DNA of 64,000 nt from Camelus ferus (Eukaryota): contig NC_045696.1 in the NCBI RefSeq assembly GCF_009834535.1, positions 33,792,001-33,856,000 on the forward strand, given 5' to 3'. Under the pieces are notes generated by a model. It did no database searches. It was not told the origin of the DNA and was given only the letters and a program-made list of their open reading frames with translations. Every line of letters starts with the position of its first letter. The first letter of the stretch is position 1. Positions 42,884-56,053 of the stretch are shown here, one piece after another. Made by a program: the position numbers and the translations under genes.

Positions 42884-43347
42884 TATTCTGCACAGTGATG
42901 ACCCTCCGTAGATGCCCATATCCTCTGGAACCTGTGAATATATTATATTACTTGGCAAAAGAGACTACAATGATACGATTAAGTTGAGGACCTTGAGTTG
43001 GGGAGGGTGGTCTGTATTATCCAGGTGGGCCCAATCCAATCACATGGATTCTTAAAAGCAGAGAGCTTTCCCCAGATGTTGTAAGAGAGGGAGATGTGAC
43101 TATGGAAAGATGGAGAGATGCAGCACTGCTGGATTTAAAGGTAAAGGAACAAGGTCACAATACAAGGAATCGGGGGGACCTTGAGTAGCGAGAACCGGCA
43201 AGAAAATGCCTCCTCTAGAACCACCTGAAAGAAACATAGCCCTGACGAGCCATGCTGGATTTCTGACTCACAGACCTGTAAAGATAATTTTTCATTTTAG
43301 GACACTAAGTGTGTGGTGATTTGTTACACGGTACAGAACTACTCCAG
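42884..43347 (+). mobile_element. MLT1D-like ERVL-MaLR solo LTR nested in ERV-L pol
   Basis: ggaacctgtgaatatta...cttggcaaaagagact...ccaggtgggcccaatccaatcaca...cactaagtgtgtggtgatttgttaca; pol homology resumes on both sides. Confidence 0.85.
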
Positions 43348-46300
43348 GACCAGAGCAGTCAAAAGTTCTGAAGCCGGTAGGTACGGAGTGAAGTGCTTTC
43401 TTGCTTGGGCTTCATGACCCTCCCTATTCAGCAGATGCAACAGTGCTCTGAAGGTCTATTGCAGGGACGAACGCTGATGGACCATTGGAGAATCCCTGAA
43501 AGGGGGATTATGATTCAGACCCCCAGATTTTTTGGATGGCAGCTATGTGTTAGGACACACAAAAGCTTCCCCTTTGAGAAACAGCTCCTGGGCTTGCTAG
43601 TGGGCTCGGATAGAGACCCAGCACCTGTTCTGAAAGACCAAGTGAACACGTGACCTGATCTGCCTGTTTATGAACTGTTGTGACCTGACCCCCCAAATCA
43701 CAAAGTGGGGTGTGGCATGCTGAGAAGCACTCCAATCACAAGTGGAGTTAGGTAAGTTTATTTCCAGTCTCTGAGAGCACAAGGAAACATTTGGTTCAGG
43801 GTCTCCTGGCAACTGCTGCTCCTGCATTGTCCCATCTCTCTCAACCTGAATCTCTTGGTAAGTTCCCTGCCATGATTGGTTAAAAAAAAAATAAAAACAT
43901 AAAAAAACTTCATTTAGATTTACCGATGCTCAGTAAAGTCACTGATTACAGAGGAGGGGCTTAATATTCACACAGACGATATGATCGGTTCTGAGGGTAT
44001 CACTCAGCCACTATTGCCACGGTTCATAGGGAAAAGTGTCCATATTCACAAGATTATAAAAGTTATGAACAAAAATAAAGTTATATGCTCAACAATATGA
44101 TGTTCCCCATAGCAAGCCTTATCTGAATACTGCTCCTGCTGTATTTCCAATCTGCAACAGCAGAAGTTAAGGCTAAGCTCCTAATGTGGCTCTATTCTCC
44201 AATGGATGGATCTGCCACCTGCAGGCAGCGTGATTACACTGGAATCCTCACACCCAGGAGATTACAAAATTTTGTCTCCAAGGTATTTATTACACACATG
44301 CTCTGGACATGGGTATGCCTGCCTAGTCACTATTACCCCTTCCAGCATCACCATCCATTGCCTTACTCGTGATTATCATATCCCATCCATAGTCTCTGTC
44401 TGAGGAACTCATTTTTCTGCAAAATAAGTGAGGCAAATGGGTTTTCCAATTCTACTATGTGTCTTGTCATCCCAAAATAGCTCCCTTATGGAATGTCAGA
44501 ATTCCTGGTGAAGACTCAATTATGGAACCAGTTAAAAGAACACTTGTGAGTTCGGGCTGCTGTCCTATAGGAGGCAAAATAAGCTTTGAACATTATTTCA
44601 ATCCTATAAACAATGAATGGAGCTGTTTCTTCCAAAGCCAGAATAAACAGATCTGGGAAGCAAAGAGTGGAAGAGGAGGGGGCTGGCTCCTCTCACTGTT
44701 GCCTCTAATAAATCACTCAGATAACTTGCCCCTTGTACCCAGAACTTTGGGTGCTGAGATCTCAATGCACATAATCACCAAGAAAGGAGTGCTTTCACCA
44801 GGGAATATAATCTTTTAATTGAAATAAAATTTGCACTCTTGCTAGTGAGTATGCTGCCTCTTCTCAGCTCTGCTACCTGAATTTCCCTTCTTCTTGTCCA
44901 TTTGTTGGGATTAATCTGTACTTCTAATCATATGTAATAGTTCTATGAAACATAAATACTAAATTCCTCTCTCTTAGCTCCTATTGCAAACTTTTAGGAA
45001 AACCTGAGTGTGCTGGGGTCAGAGTCTAACCCCAATTTGACTAGCAAACGCCAGAGAGCCAGTGATTAAGGTCAGAGGCCCAAGAGAAAAAGGGGTCATC
45101 ACAGACACCCCAAAATGTGCCGCCACACCCGGAGATTATGTTCACTATCTCATTAAGTCCTCACATCCAATGCAACTTTGATGTCAACTGAGGACCCTTT
45201 GAGTGATGACTGACTTGAACCCCCAACTCCATGCTCTGTGGAAGTTCCATTTCCTCCACTTGATATCAGTATGTTGTCCACCCCGGGGTCCTGCTTCCAT
45301 GTAGTTATCTATGCTCCATTCCACTTTAACCCAGTGTAAAGCTCAACAACACATTTAATTTCCACTAAAACAAAACAAAAACAAAGTCTATTCACTTACA
45401 TCATTCATCACCACAGTAAGAGGCTGGAATTATAGAAAAGTTCACTTTACAACAAAACGTCAACAAATCCCACGATACTCTTTCTCATGAGATTTTTAAT
45501 AATGTGAACATTGGTCTTTCAATTCATGCACTGTTGGTTCCTCTCTGATCAATTTCCACTTAGAGACCAGAAAATCAAAACAAAATCATCAAATTTTCTC
45601 ATGTTCTACAAGTTAATTTCCCCTTAGCTATATTGCTAAAAATGTCATCTTCAAATTCAATACATTAATCAAGTTTTTATCTCCCCCAAACAGAAAATCT
45701 CCTCTTTAAAATTCTATCAAGTATTAAATGAGTAATATGATATATTTATCAAATGATAATTTTATTAAAATGATCGGTCTTCATAGTTAAATGATCGCAA
45801 GATATTGAAATGAACTGCCCCTGTGTTAAAGAGGAGGGATGTGAGACCAAGCAATGGTAAGTGCCACTTTAGGAAGTGATCGAATTTTAACCCAAGTATG
45901 TTTTAATCCCCAATTCATGCTGTTTCCACTGCAACGGACTTCTTCCCAGACGTTTATTGATGCCTTGCTATCTTCTTATTATATTTCACTTACTCTTTAC
46001 AGCAAAATTTATAAAGTCAGCAGTCAGGATATTTTAAATTTTGGCATCTAGTCAAGATGTATTCTAATTAACTGTGATAACTTTTTGAAGCTCCGCCTGT
46101 AAAGCGAGGCATTTGGACTTAATTATCTGAGTGGCCACTTTTGACTCTCATCTTAGGGGACCATATTACGGATGCTTTCATTCTTTCTCATTCTGTCTGT
46201 AGTAGCAACTTTACTCTGGTTTGATAAATGCTTCATTTATAACATTTATATTAGAGTTAATTTTCCCTGTGTATGTCTGTTAGTCAGATATGTTCTGGAG

Positions 46301-47944
46301 GACAAACCAAATATTTATCTTACATTCCCAATGCCTGTATATAGTAAAAACTTTGTGAATATGTGTTGGTTAACAAATGGATGAATACATATGGTTTAAC
46401 TGTATAATCTACAACTGTATATGAAGAAATGATTTATGTACATTATCAGGCTAATGTGAAAGCTGCATTAATGCTGAGCACAATTCAAAGGAAAAGTACT
46501 TCCCTTTAGCTAGCTAGATTTTAACAAGTGAAGCACACACACACAAAATCCAATTACAAAAGTGAGAGTTATTTCTTTTGTGAATGTGTAGAGCATTTTT
46601 TTTAATCTTTTTGTTTCTTTGTTGGTTGGTTGGCTGATTGTTTTTTGTTTGTTTACATTGTAATATGGGTACGAAAATATTGTGTTCACATTGGACGTTC
46701 ATGGGGTTAGTCCAATGGATGATTAGTTTCTCTGGCATCCCATAATGCATTGATATATGTGTTTCAGGCCTTTGTACAAAGGAGAATAGCCTAATTCTCC
46801 TTTGAAAAATAAGAGAAGTAGGCATCTGTGAACACGACAACAGGACTGCCTAGAATGACATTTTTTAAAAAACACTTTTTTGTTTCTGCTGCTAGTCAGC
46901 TGTATGACTTCTGTGCTATATGTTTTACCACTTTCTAGGGGGAGAAAAAAGATAAATTTTTACTTACGGAACTTAGAGGAAAAATTGAATTAAAATCTTA
47001 ATTGTATGTTTTCTTTGCTGTGTCCTATTCTGTTGCCCGAACATCTCCTGGGCGACGTGTGCCTAGCGCGGTGCCACGTTGTAGAGCAAAGCTCACGATC
47101 CAGAGTCAGCTCAGCTGCCTTTCCTGAAGTGGGTCGATTAACTTTCCTGTATATGTATGTGAAAGCTTAGAGTGTATTAGCATTTCCTTTTACCAAAAAT
47201 ATATGAAATGAAATGTAATGAAATAAAAAGTAAAATAAAACAACAGAAAAAAACCCCAGTGTTCATCTCATTAGACGTTGAGTTTTTCAGCTCTTTTATA
47301 ACAGAATGTTTTGGATGTAAATGTTATTGGCAATTAAGTTTGCTTAGTTGCCTTCTCTGTTTTCTTCAGTCAGAAGCATTATCTCATAGATAACATTATT
47401 TGGTGGAGCTGACTGGAAATAAGTGAAGAAACAATTTTACCAGCCAGTGTGATTAGCCGAGATACATAATTGCCTGCCTATTTACTTTGAAGCTGTCATT
47501 TAATGAAGTGGTTCTAACTAAAGCTCTAATGGAGAAAAACTCTTTAATTCCTTTTTAATATTTCCCTATGTCTGGGAATGTAATTTAAAATAAATTTGAA
47601 TGTTGATTGCTAAATTATATTCTTTCCCGCCAGCACATCAAATTGTTCCTCTGTTTATCGGCAACAAAACAGATCATTTAAGATGTTATACAAAACAAAT
47701 AGCCAATCATTAGAAGATAATCAGAACAAATGCAACCAAAATGCCAGTTCCTCTACAGTTAATTTAAATGTGTTTTTTTCATCCAGTGCTCTTTATATAT
47801 TTATTCCAGAAAAGGGTATCAATTCTCATACACTTTCTGCTATATGTTATTTATAAAATAATATTCAAATTCTTTATTATAAAATCAAATGGAACTTTGT
47901 CCACAGAAATTGTACAATTAACATGTTTAAATTTCCCCATTAAA

Positions 47945-48393
47945 CATACATGTTCAGCATTATGCTGAGTGAAAAACCTCAATCACAAAAGGTCAGCTAC
48001 TGTGTCATTCCATTTATAAAACATTCTTGAAATGAGGAAATTATAGAAATGGAGAACAAGCTGGTAGTTGCCAGGTGGTAGGGATGGTGAGGGGTGGAGG
48101 CGAGGTGTGTCTACAAAGGGGGAACCATGAGGGAGCTCCCTGGGGTGATGGACTAGACCCGTGTCTTGATTACAGTGGTGGTTACATGAACCTACACAGG
48201 TGACAAAATGGCATAGAAACTATATACAAACTCTGTACTTTGTGCTTTACTTATATAAGTTTGATATGCTTTACTTTGATATGCTTTGCTTATATAAAAT
48301 GTAAGCATTGGGGAAAAATTTTAAAAAGAATGTGATACCTCTTTGTACTATCTTTGTAACTTCCTATGAATCTAATTACTTCAAAATAAAGTT
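47945..48393 (+). mobile_element. L1M(B/C) 3' end
   Basis: cattatgctgagtgaaaa...tactgtgtcattccatttata...aattatagaaatggagaacaag...atgaatctaattacttcaaaataaa. Confidence 0.88.
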
Positions 48394-48949
48394 AATTTAT
48401 ACATGTATATATTGTAGAGGTATAGTATATAGCGAAGTCCATGAGACCTAGAAACAGGTTGTCTGGATTGGCATCTTTCCAGCTTTACCTCTTGCCAGCT
48501 GGTTTTATGTATTATCAGCTATAAGGCCTTAAATAAATTCAGAAAATTGGGACTGTAGTTATCCTTGTCTGCAAAACGTAAAAAATAGTATTCCCTGTCT
48601 CTTATGTAAATAACTTAAAACATTGCCTGCCCTCTAGGAAATGCTATGCAAGTGATTTCTCTCATCATCATCATCATCGCCAAGAGTATGGATGCCATGA
48701 TTCATGTCACTGTTTAGGACAGTTGTCCCGACCTACTTTTGCTCTTAAATATGGCCTTTTGAGGATTTATAAATAGATATAAAATCTATGGGCACCAGTT
48801 TAAAAGTCTATTACATCTGGATCCAGGGCATGTTGGTCCTCTCCAGCCCACCAGTCCATGTCGTGTAAACTCTGCCTAACACTAATCAACAATAAAAGTG
48901 TAGTATCTCACAGCAGTCTAGTCTAGTTTGAGGCATCGCTAATTGTCAG

Positions 48950-49400
48950 ACAGCTCTTTTCTTTGATTGAGTTGACATCTGATTCCCAAAAATGATCACT
49001 CCATTCCCATGCTCCTACTCTGTCTTCTGGTACTACACGAATGAGGCTGATTCCTCTTTCACATTACGTTTTTCATACCTCTGAAGCCCACTAGATCCAT
49101 CACACTCTCAGTCCTGCCTGCTCACTGCCCACTCACCTCAGCACTTCTGCTTCCTTAGCCTTCATAGTTTCCATTCCATCTACCATTTCTAATGAGCAAA
49201 CGTTTCACATTCTCTTCGCTTTCCCCTGGAATAGTTTGCCAATATTTATCTTAAAATGTGGTGTCTGGAGCCACATCCACCCAGATGTGATCTATGTGCT
49301 GTATACAGTGGGACTATTATCTGCCTTGTTTAAAACAGGACCCATTCATTAACGCAGCTGAGTACTTCATTTGCCTTTTTGGCTGCCATGACGCAGTGTA
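48950..49400 (-). mobile_element. CR1/L3 LINE fragment
   Basis: tcttaaaatgtggtgtctggag...ccagatgtgatct...tacagtgggactattatctgcc...ttggctgccatgacgcagtg. Confidence 0.7.
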
Positions 49401-50767
49401 TAGGTGCTTCTGTAATTAATATTTGAACCTAGATGTTATTACTTTCTTGACATATCCCATAATATGTTAGAATAATTTTCCCGAATTGAATGTCATGACA
49501 TTGTATGAAATGTACATATATTTCATAAGTACATAGATTAATATATAATAAATCAGACAAATTATCTGGTCAAAATAATAAATCTGGTCAAAATTAAAAT
49601 ATCAAATATAAGTTAATAATTAATATCACAATAGTTATTAACAATTATTAATTAATTATATTAAATACAAATGTATAATAAATCCTAATGATGCTATTAT
49701 AATTCAAGTAATATTTGTATATTTTTATACATATGTATAATAATCTACTTGGGAAAATAATCTAAAGTTACATAATATTTTAGCACGTTTATCAAAATGT
49801 AGATGATGGGGATACAGTACACACAACTTCAGTTGTGGAGCATAAAGATGTTTTCAAAGAAAATGACTCCAAGCTTCCACCCTGAAAATAATAGCAGCTG
49901 TGTATGGAGAACCTGCTGATGAATGTTACATTTCCACTGCATATTTGATGTAAAAGTATTTCTTACTGAAGCTGTTTAATCTATCACAATGAAACCAGGT
50001 TCTACTACTTATAATTCATACAATCACCTTCTAGCCATAAAATATCCCAACACACTCCCCATGGTTAGCCATGTTTTATTAGTACCAGCCTATAATAGCC
50101 TGTCTAGAGATGTCTTTGTCACTGCTTTACATTAAGATATATCTGAGTGCAACAAGAGAGTGTCTGGAAATTGGGTGGTTAAATCATCCCTGAGAAAATT
50201 TACCACATAGCAACTCTTGTTTGCATTGCCTGCAAAAGAATCTTGACAAAGAAGCAGAAGAAAAAAAGAATAACTTGGTACCATTAATTTAAAATAAACT
50301 GACATGATACATATTATATAAAATGAATCAAAACAGAAACAAAAAAAGTGTGTGTGTGTGTGTAGGGTAAATAGTGGATTGTAATCCTATACTTCTTAAA
50401 ATATTTAATAACACATTTACACGTGATTTTGGTGTAATCTTTCTAATTTGCAGCTGGACAGAGTGGTATTCAGAAGTACTGTCCTTGGCATTAAGAACAG
50501 TAATGAAACCACGTAAAAAGCATGGCAAGAGTGTGGACCTGGATTCTTGAGCCAGATTGTTTGCAAATGAATTATCAGACAACAAAAGTCAAAGACTTGA
50601 GTCTCACCCCTGCTGTGTCGTAACGAGTTATACAAATAGGGGAAGTGTTTATATTGACTGAGCTTCAGTGTGCTCCAGGGCAAAGTGAATATAATGAGAT
50701 GGTAAGTGTATAACACTTTGCTAACTATAAAAAAAGACAAGATTCTTGTAAGATGGCCAGGTGATTT

Positions 50768-50898
50768 AAAATGAAACATTGAAAACAAATATGTATATGT
50801 ATAACTGAAACATTATGCTGTACACCAGAAATTGACACAACATTGTAAACTTACTATACATCAATAAAAAAAGGATGCAAAAAAAAAAAAAGAGAAAG
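50768..50898 (+). mobile_element. Short L1 3' tail
   Basis: tataactgaaacattatgctgtacaccagaaattgacacaacattgtaaac plus poly(A). Confidence 0.9.
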
Positions 50899-52408
50899 AA
50901 ACACTGAGACTTTGGAGAAAGAACTGGCAGATCGATTATACGAAAGTTTGAAGATGGAGGTTCTCTCACCATTAATTCTTCTGTTTCTAGAAAAGTAGCT
51001 CAATTTATCTGGGACTGAGTTCTCTCATCTCAATCATAAAGTTTAATCAAGTGATCAGTACAGCTATTTTCAAGTCCAAGGTTTGACAAATCAAACATAT
51101 ATAATTGGGACAAATATGCACTGAAGGAAGCTTCAAAATGTGGCTATGAGTACAATTACAGGAAACAATGAAGAGAAGGTTATAAGTAAAACCTTAAGGT
51201 CACAGGAGGAGACTCCAAGGGAAATCCAGCAGGAATGGTTAGGGTAGTGAGTAGAAGGAAAACACATCTTAACAAGTAGGAAAGAGAAGAATTCTGTGTT
51301 CATTCTGCACCTTGGTTCTTCCAAGCACATGGCAGATTCTTTACGTATTATATCTGATTCCACTCACAATAAAACCACGTGCTGCATTTTTACTATTGCC
51401 AGTTCATACAAAGGTGACTCGGGTCCAGAAAGGGCGAAGCTGCAATGAATATTCAGGTCCCTTTTCTATTTGATGCTGCCCTCCACTTGCCAGAAAACAT
51501 GTGGAAACCAAGTTTATAAGTCATTAGAGTGGCTTCTGGTGAAACATACTCAGAAAAGTTTTTGGTAAATAAAATAATGGAGTAAGAGAAGTGATACTGA
51601 AGTAGAATTGAGAAGAAATAAGTGTGTGAGAACAATGGACGAATCTGGCAAGAATTAACTTGGGAAATAGACTAGGATTAGGCAGAAACAAATAGGAATT
51701 GTTAAGAACAGTGAGAACCCGGCTGTGATTAGAGAATATGAAATACTAGTGGGTCCATTTCAGCGGCTATATTAATACACTTTGGTAATATTTCTCATCT
51801 GAAGTATAGAAACAGAGGGTGGCAGTGACCCAGACATGAAATTTTCAAGATGTTCCCTGAAAAATCTAAGGGGAGAAAGGAATAGGTCACATCAAAAGTA
51901 TTGGCCTTGGATTCCCAGATGGGTAGGAATTAAGAAAGTGTGTGAGGGACTGAGAAGTTACAGAAATGCTGAAATTATTTCCAGTGGAAAATATTTCCCA
52001 TTATTTTGCTTCAGCACCACAATCCTGAGCACTAACCGTTTGAACAAATGCTTTGTTCCCTTTCACCAGTAGCAGTAACACATCTTTTTCCCACACGTTT
52101 TTCATATAACCTGTAAGTACTGGGAATATAAACGTATGTAACATGTTACATTGACTTTCTGGTCAGCAATTCCTTATTTTGCAAGCCCAACCAACAACAA
52201 AATGCACACTTTAAGAGTGGAAAAAAAAATGTGAGCTCCACTTTTGTCCTTATTAACCAGAGTCAAATGAAGTCTAATGAAAAAACTCTTCCTTCTCTTT
52301 CCCTAATTTACTAAAGAAGATGAGTTTATCTTTTCTTATGAGAATTGATTGTGTGCCTTCCTTCAAGGTCCTTAACAAAGGAGTAGGGCATAACTTTATA
52401 ACTGACTT

Positions 52409-52539
52409 TATTTTTTTTAAAGTATAGTCAGAAGTATAGTCAGTTTACAATGTTGTGTCAACTTCTAGTGTGCAGCATAATGTTTCAGTCATATGTATAC
52501 ATACATAACTTTTTACTTTTAATATTTTTGTTTGTTTGT

Positions 52540-52582
<43 letters not shown>

Positions 52583-52701
52583 TTTTTGGAGGAGGTACTG
52601 GGGATTAAACTCAGCACCTCACGCATGCTAAGCATGCGCTCTACCACTTGAGCTATACCCTCCCCCCATACATTCTTTTTCATGTTCTTTTTCATTATAG
52701 G
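52409..52701 (-). mobile_element. L1 3' tail containing a nested SINE
   Basis: aagtatagtcagtttacaatgttgtgtca...ttctttttcattatagg; TSD ttt(a/g)taactgactt at 52395 and 52702. Confidence 0.88.
52521..52666 (-). mobile_element. tRNA-Ala-derived camelid SINE with (TTTA)n tail, nested in an L1 3' end
   Basis: ggaggtactggggatt...gctaagcatgcgctctaccacttgagctataccctcccc; L1 3'UTR on both sides with catacat..cttttt duplicated. Confidence 0.92.
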
Positions 52702-54297
52702 TTTGTAACTGACTTAATTTTTTTTTACCAGATTTCAAGATTTATTGTAAAGCTACAGTATAACTGATTTTAAAAGGTTAATAGTTTTCTGCTTTTCTTT
52801 AATTGAAAAGATTTTAGTTAAAAATTGTCTGCTGTTGCTACTCCTGACACTAGACTTTTTCACTTTTGATGAAAAGACTACACTAACTTGTCTTTCTGCT
52901 ACTAATTCTCCCAATCTTCCCTCCTCCCTACTCTACTGATAAACACATAACTTTCTTTCCAAAGCCAACTTTAAAGGACATCACTCTTTAAGCCTCTCCT
53001 AACACTTACCAACAGTCCCCACCAGGAACTAACCACTCTCTATTGCACCAAAGGATCCAGGCATGTTGGTGCTGGTTGTTAAGACAACAGGGCTGGGCTG
53101 GGCTGGGCAGAGCTGTCATCAGACCCTGGCTCTGCTATGAGATGTGCCATCTTGGGAAAGTCATCATTCTCTCTTTGGGCCTTGGTTTCCTCGTGATGAA
53201 TATCATAATTATAGTTATTTCTCTGCACATACTTCCACACAGCATCTAATCTGTAATCATATATGCATCCCTATGTAATAAATCAGACAATATATTAGAT
53301 ACATGTATACAACATATTAGACAAATAAACTCTACTATTTGTTGTCCTGATCCTCAAATTCTAATATAGCTCCCCTAGTAATAAATGTAGTTAATGAACA
53401 GTTTTTGAATCAGTAAGTGATTAATAAAAACAACAGCAATCTATCATTTGCTGAGAGCAAGGACCCACGGCATTGTGCTATGCACTTGACCCACATTCTT
53501 ATTTAATCTGAAAAACCATTAAGTAATGTATGTAGTATTTTCATTTTACTGTTGATGTTGGTGAATTTCAGAGAGTTGAATAACTTATATTTATATAGGG
53601 TCATATGTAAATATGTGAAGGAAAAAAAATTGAGTCTGTGCCAATCTGATTCCAAAACTTATGTGGTGAATGAAACAGATGGGTTATTCAGGCTAGTTAC
53701 TTCCACGCAGTCCCAGGGGAAGAGACTCAGATGGGCCCTGGTCTCTGTCTTCCAGGTATGCCCACCCAGTGCAGCCTCTGTCTCTCAAGCCCACCTTTGA
53801 GCCACTGAGGACCTGGAGAGACAAAATGAGTGACTTGCCCAGCAAGCAGCCTGGGCGAGTACAAGGACAAAATTTGTTTTCAGTAGGTGGTGTTCATGAA
53901 ACTGGTCTAAACAAAAAGCGAATTAGATTGTAATCTCTTTCTAAAAAAAAATCCCTCTTCAGCTTTTTTAATCTAGTGAACAATTCCTCTTTATGGATCT
54001 TTCAAAACTAATTTTAAAAGTTACTTGTACTGGATTGGTAAGTTTAAGTCCATCCTTTAGGATGCCTTAAAAAAAATTCCTTATCAGTTTGACATGATTA
54101 AGTTCCTTAAGATGCTTTTAAAAATCTCAAATCAGTTTTGTAGATTTATGTAATTCCACTCCCAATGATTTCAAAGTTTTAAAACCTTTCATCACTTCAA
54201 CTATTGGACAAAATCGTCTTCTAACTCGCGTGCCCTTCCATTTCAGCGCGCTGGACTGGCTCCTAGAACTGCTGGGCGCGTTCCGAGGCGTCGCGTC

Positions 54298-54311
54298 CCC
54301 CCAGGTGGCAC
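54298..54311 (+). promoter_or_regulatory. Candidate CTCF site in a small CpG-rich patch
   Basis: CCCCCAGGTGGCAC, one mismatch to CCASYAGRKGGCRS, with clustered CpGs at 54227-54312. Confidence 0.55.
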
Positions 54312-54549
54312 GCAGAGGGCTTAGTCTTCCCAGGGGAGCCCCTTGGAGGGAGCTGTTCTCCTACAAGGGTGTTTTCTCTCCAGGACTCGTTTGTGTTCTC
54401 TTCCCAGGGCTGCAGGAGATTGCGCCCAGCAACAGAGTAATCCACCCAGTTCACAGCGCACAGAGGTTAATTACATAGGTCCACCCATCACACGTGCAAG
54501 GGCATTCCTTCAGACTCGCCAACCCGCAAACCTGCCACTTGACTGCATC

Positions 54550-54890
54550 AACCCCATTCGTTCTTATCTCTGTAAAAATCCCTCCGTTCCCACTTTAGGG
54601 CTCTTTAAATATCCAGTCCTCTGCCTAGAAAGGTCTCCTTTCAGATCTTCACAGAACTAACTCCTTTTCAGGACCCAGTTGTGTCCTCCCTGGAGAGGCC
54701 TTATCTGACCCTGACAATTATACCCCATTCCGCCTCTACCTCATTACCCTGTGTTAGTTTCTTCTTAGTAGGTGGAATTATTTGGAATTATAATTTATTA
54801 ACTTCTTTACTTTTAACACTTTCCCCCAATAGAATGTAAGCCTTTTGTTCACACCAAGGTGACATCTAGGCCATAAATCAGCCAACAAAT
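54550..54890 (+). mobile_element. L2 3' fragment
   Basis: cctctgcctagaaaggtctcc...tcctccctggagaggccttatctgacc...tagaatgtaagcc. Confidence 0.65.
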
Positions 54891-55600
54891 TTGAGAGAAA
54901 AGAGACATGTTACAATGACTTGTTGTACATTTCTGAGTTCTCATAGCACCTTGCTGAAACCTCTACTAAAGCAAATACTATTTGCAAATATATAAATATA
55001 TAATTTCTCCAAGAGACTCTGACCTCAGAAAACAGTAATATTTTATTCATTTCACACAATTTATAGATAATGCCCAGTAAATGCTTTTAGTTTTATTAAG
55101 TAATAAATATTCAAGAAAATATAGGCTGAATAGAGCTTTTTTTTTTTTTTTAAGCAGAGCTTATTTTAAGTCAAATTCTATGAATCATTACCTCTCACTG
55201 ATCAAGTGGTCATCAGTGTTTTAACCCCACTGAAGCCTTCTCCTCGGTTCTGTGTACTCACTCTATACCCAAAGGTGTGTAGGTAAAGCTAAACTTTAAT
55301 AAAGTATAGTTTCCTCAATCTCTTAATTTTTTTTCTTTTGATGATGCTGAAGAGAGAAGACTATAATGAATAAAGTAAGTTTCTGTACCTGACAATCAAT
55401 AGGAAAATGATACTAAATAATGTCCGTAATACTGGTTTTAACTATTTTACACTCTAAGGAAATGCCCACAGTGATTGGTTAAAAATGTAGAGTGAATTTT
55501 AGGTCCTCTACTTTATGGTACAGAAAACGTCTCCTGATTTTGTGCATCAAGAGGACATTCCTTCTGTAGCCTGGGTACACTGGGATTCGGGAGGTTAAGA

Positions 55601-55614
55601 GTGACCTCTGGTGG
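55601..55614 (-). promoter_or_regulatory. Candidate CTCF site
   Basis: Reverse strand reads CCACCAGAGGTCAC, one mismatch to CCASYAGRKGGCRS. Confidence 0.45.
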
Positions 55615-56053
55615 CAATGGTATTTCTCATTCACCTTTACTCTAAAGGGGAGAAATCTGACTTGAGTGCTTTTTCCACATCCTAAGAATGACAGAGTTTA
55701 TGGTTAAAGAGGATTGATTAAAATCAGCGTGTGCAAGTCACAACAACCGTCGGGGGACCTTGGAGGTTGAAGGGTAGACACGACTTTGATGCCTAGTGTT
55801 TGTCTGTTTCTTTGGTCTGTTTCAAGCTATGACTGAGACAAGGCTGAACACAGGGTGGGGAAAAGATGCTTACGATCAGCTCTAGCCTGCTAGTAGGATC
55901 TGGCTCCAGCACACCACTGGTTGAAACCCTTTCTTGGATTTTTCACAACCTTCTCTCAATACACCTTCAAGGCTGGTCAAATACAAAACAAGGAGAGTAA
56001 CTGAGAGCAGCGAGTTTTATGTTCCTATTGTGAATAGAATGATGCCTCCAGGA

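Larger units (their letters stand above)
39892..44825 (+). mobile_element. Degenerate ERV-L internal region (gag-pro-pol), 3' truncated, with nested L1 and MLT1
   Basis: gag end LDLNQFTHLKPLE* (stop 41391; cf. PDLSQFTDPEPLE*). Protease RL*DIEPELVFP ~41517 (GLLDTGSELTLIP). RT IAADVPGVISLLE*IN ~42313 and HIHDLIVIRPGEQEAANIL at 42563 (YIDDIMLIGPSEQEVANTL). RNase H PFEKQLL ~43571. Integrase ATCRQRDYTG (ATWWQVDYIG), SGHGYA, and IPSIVSV*GTHFSAK (IPHSIASDQGTHFTAK). Confidence 0.9.

Noticed and set aside
43393..44818. ORFs 43393-43653, 44184-44403 and 44459-44818 as genes
   Set aside because: Frameshifted fragments of ERV-L RNase H and integrase, not a domesticated intact ORF.
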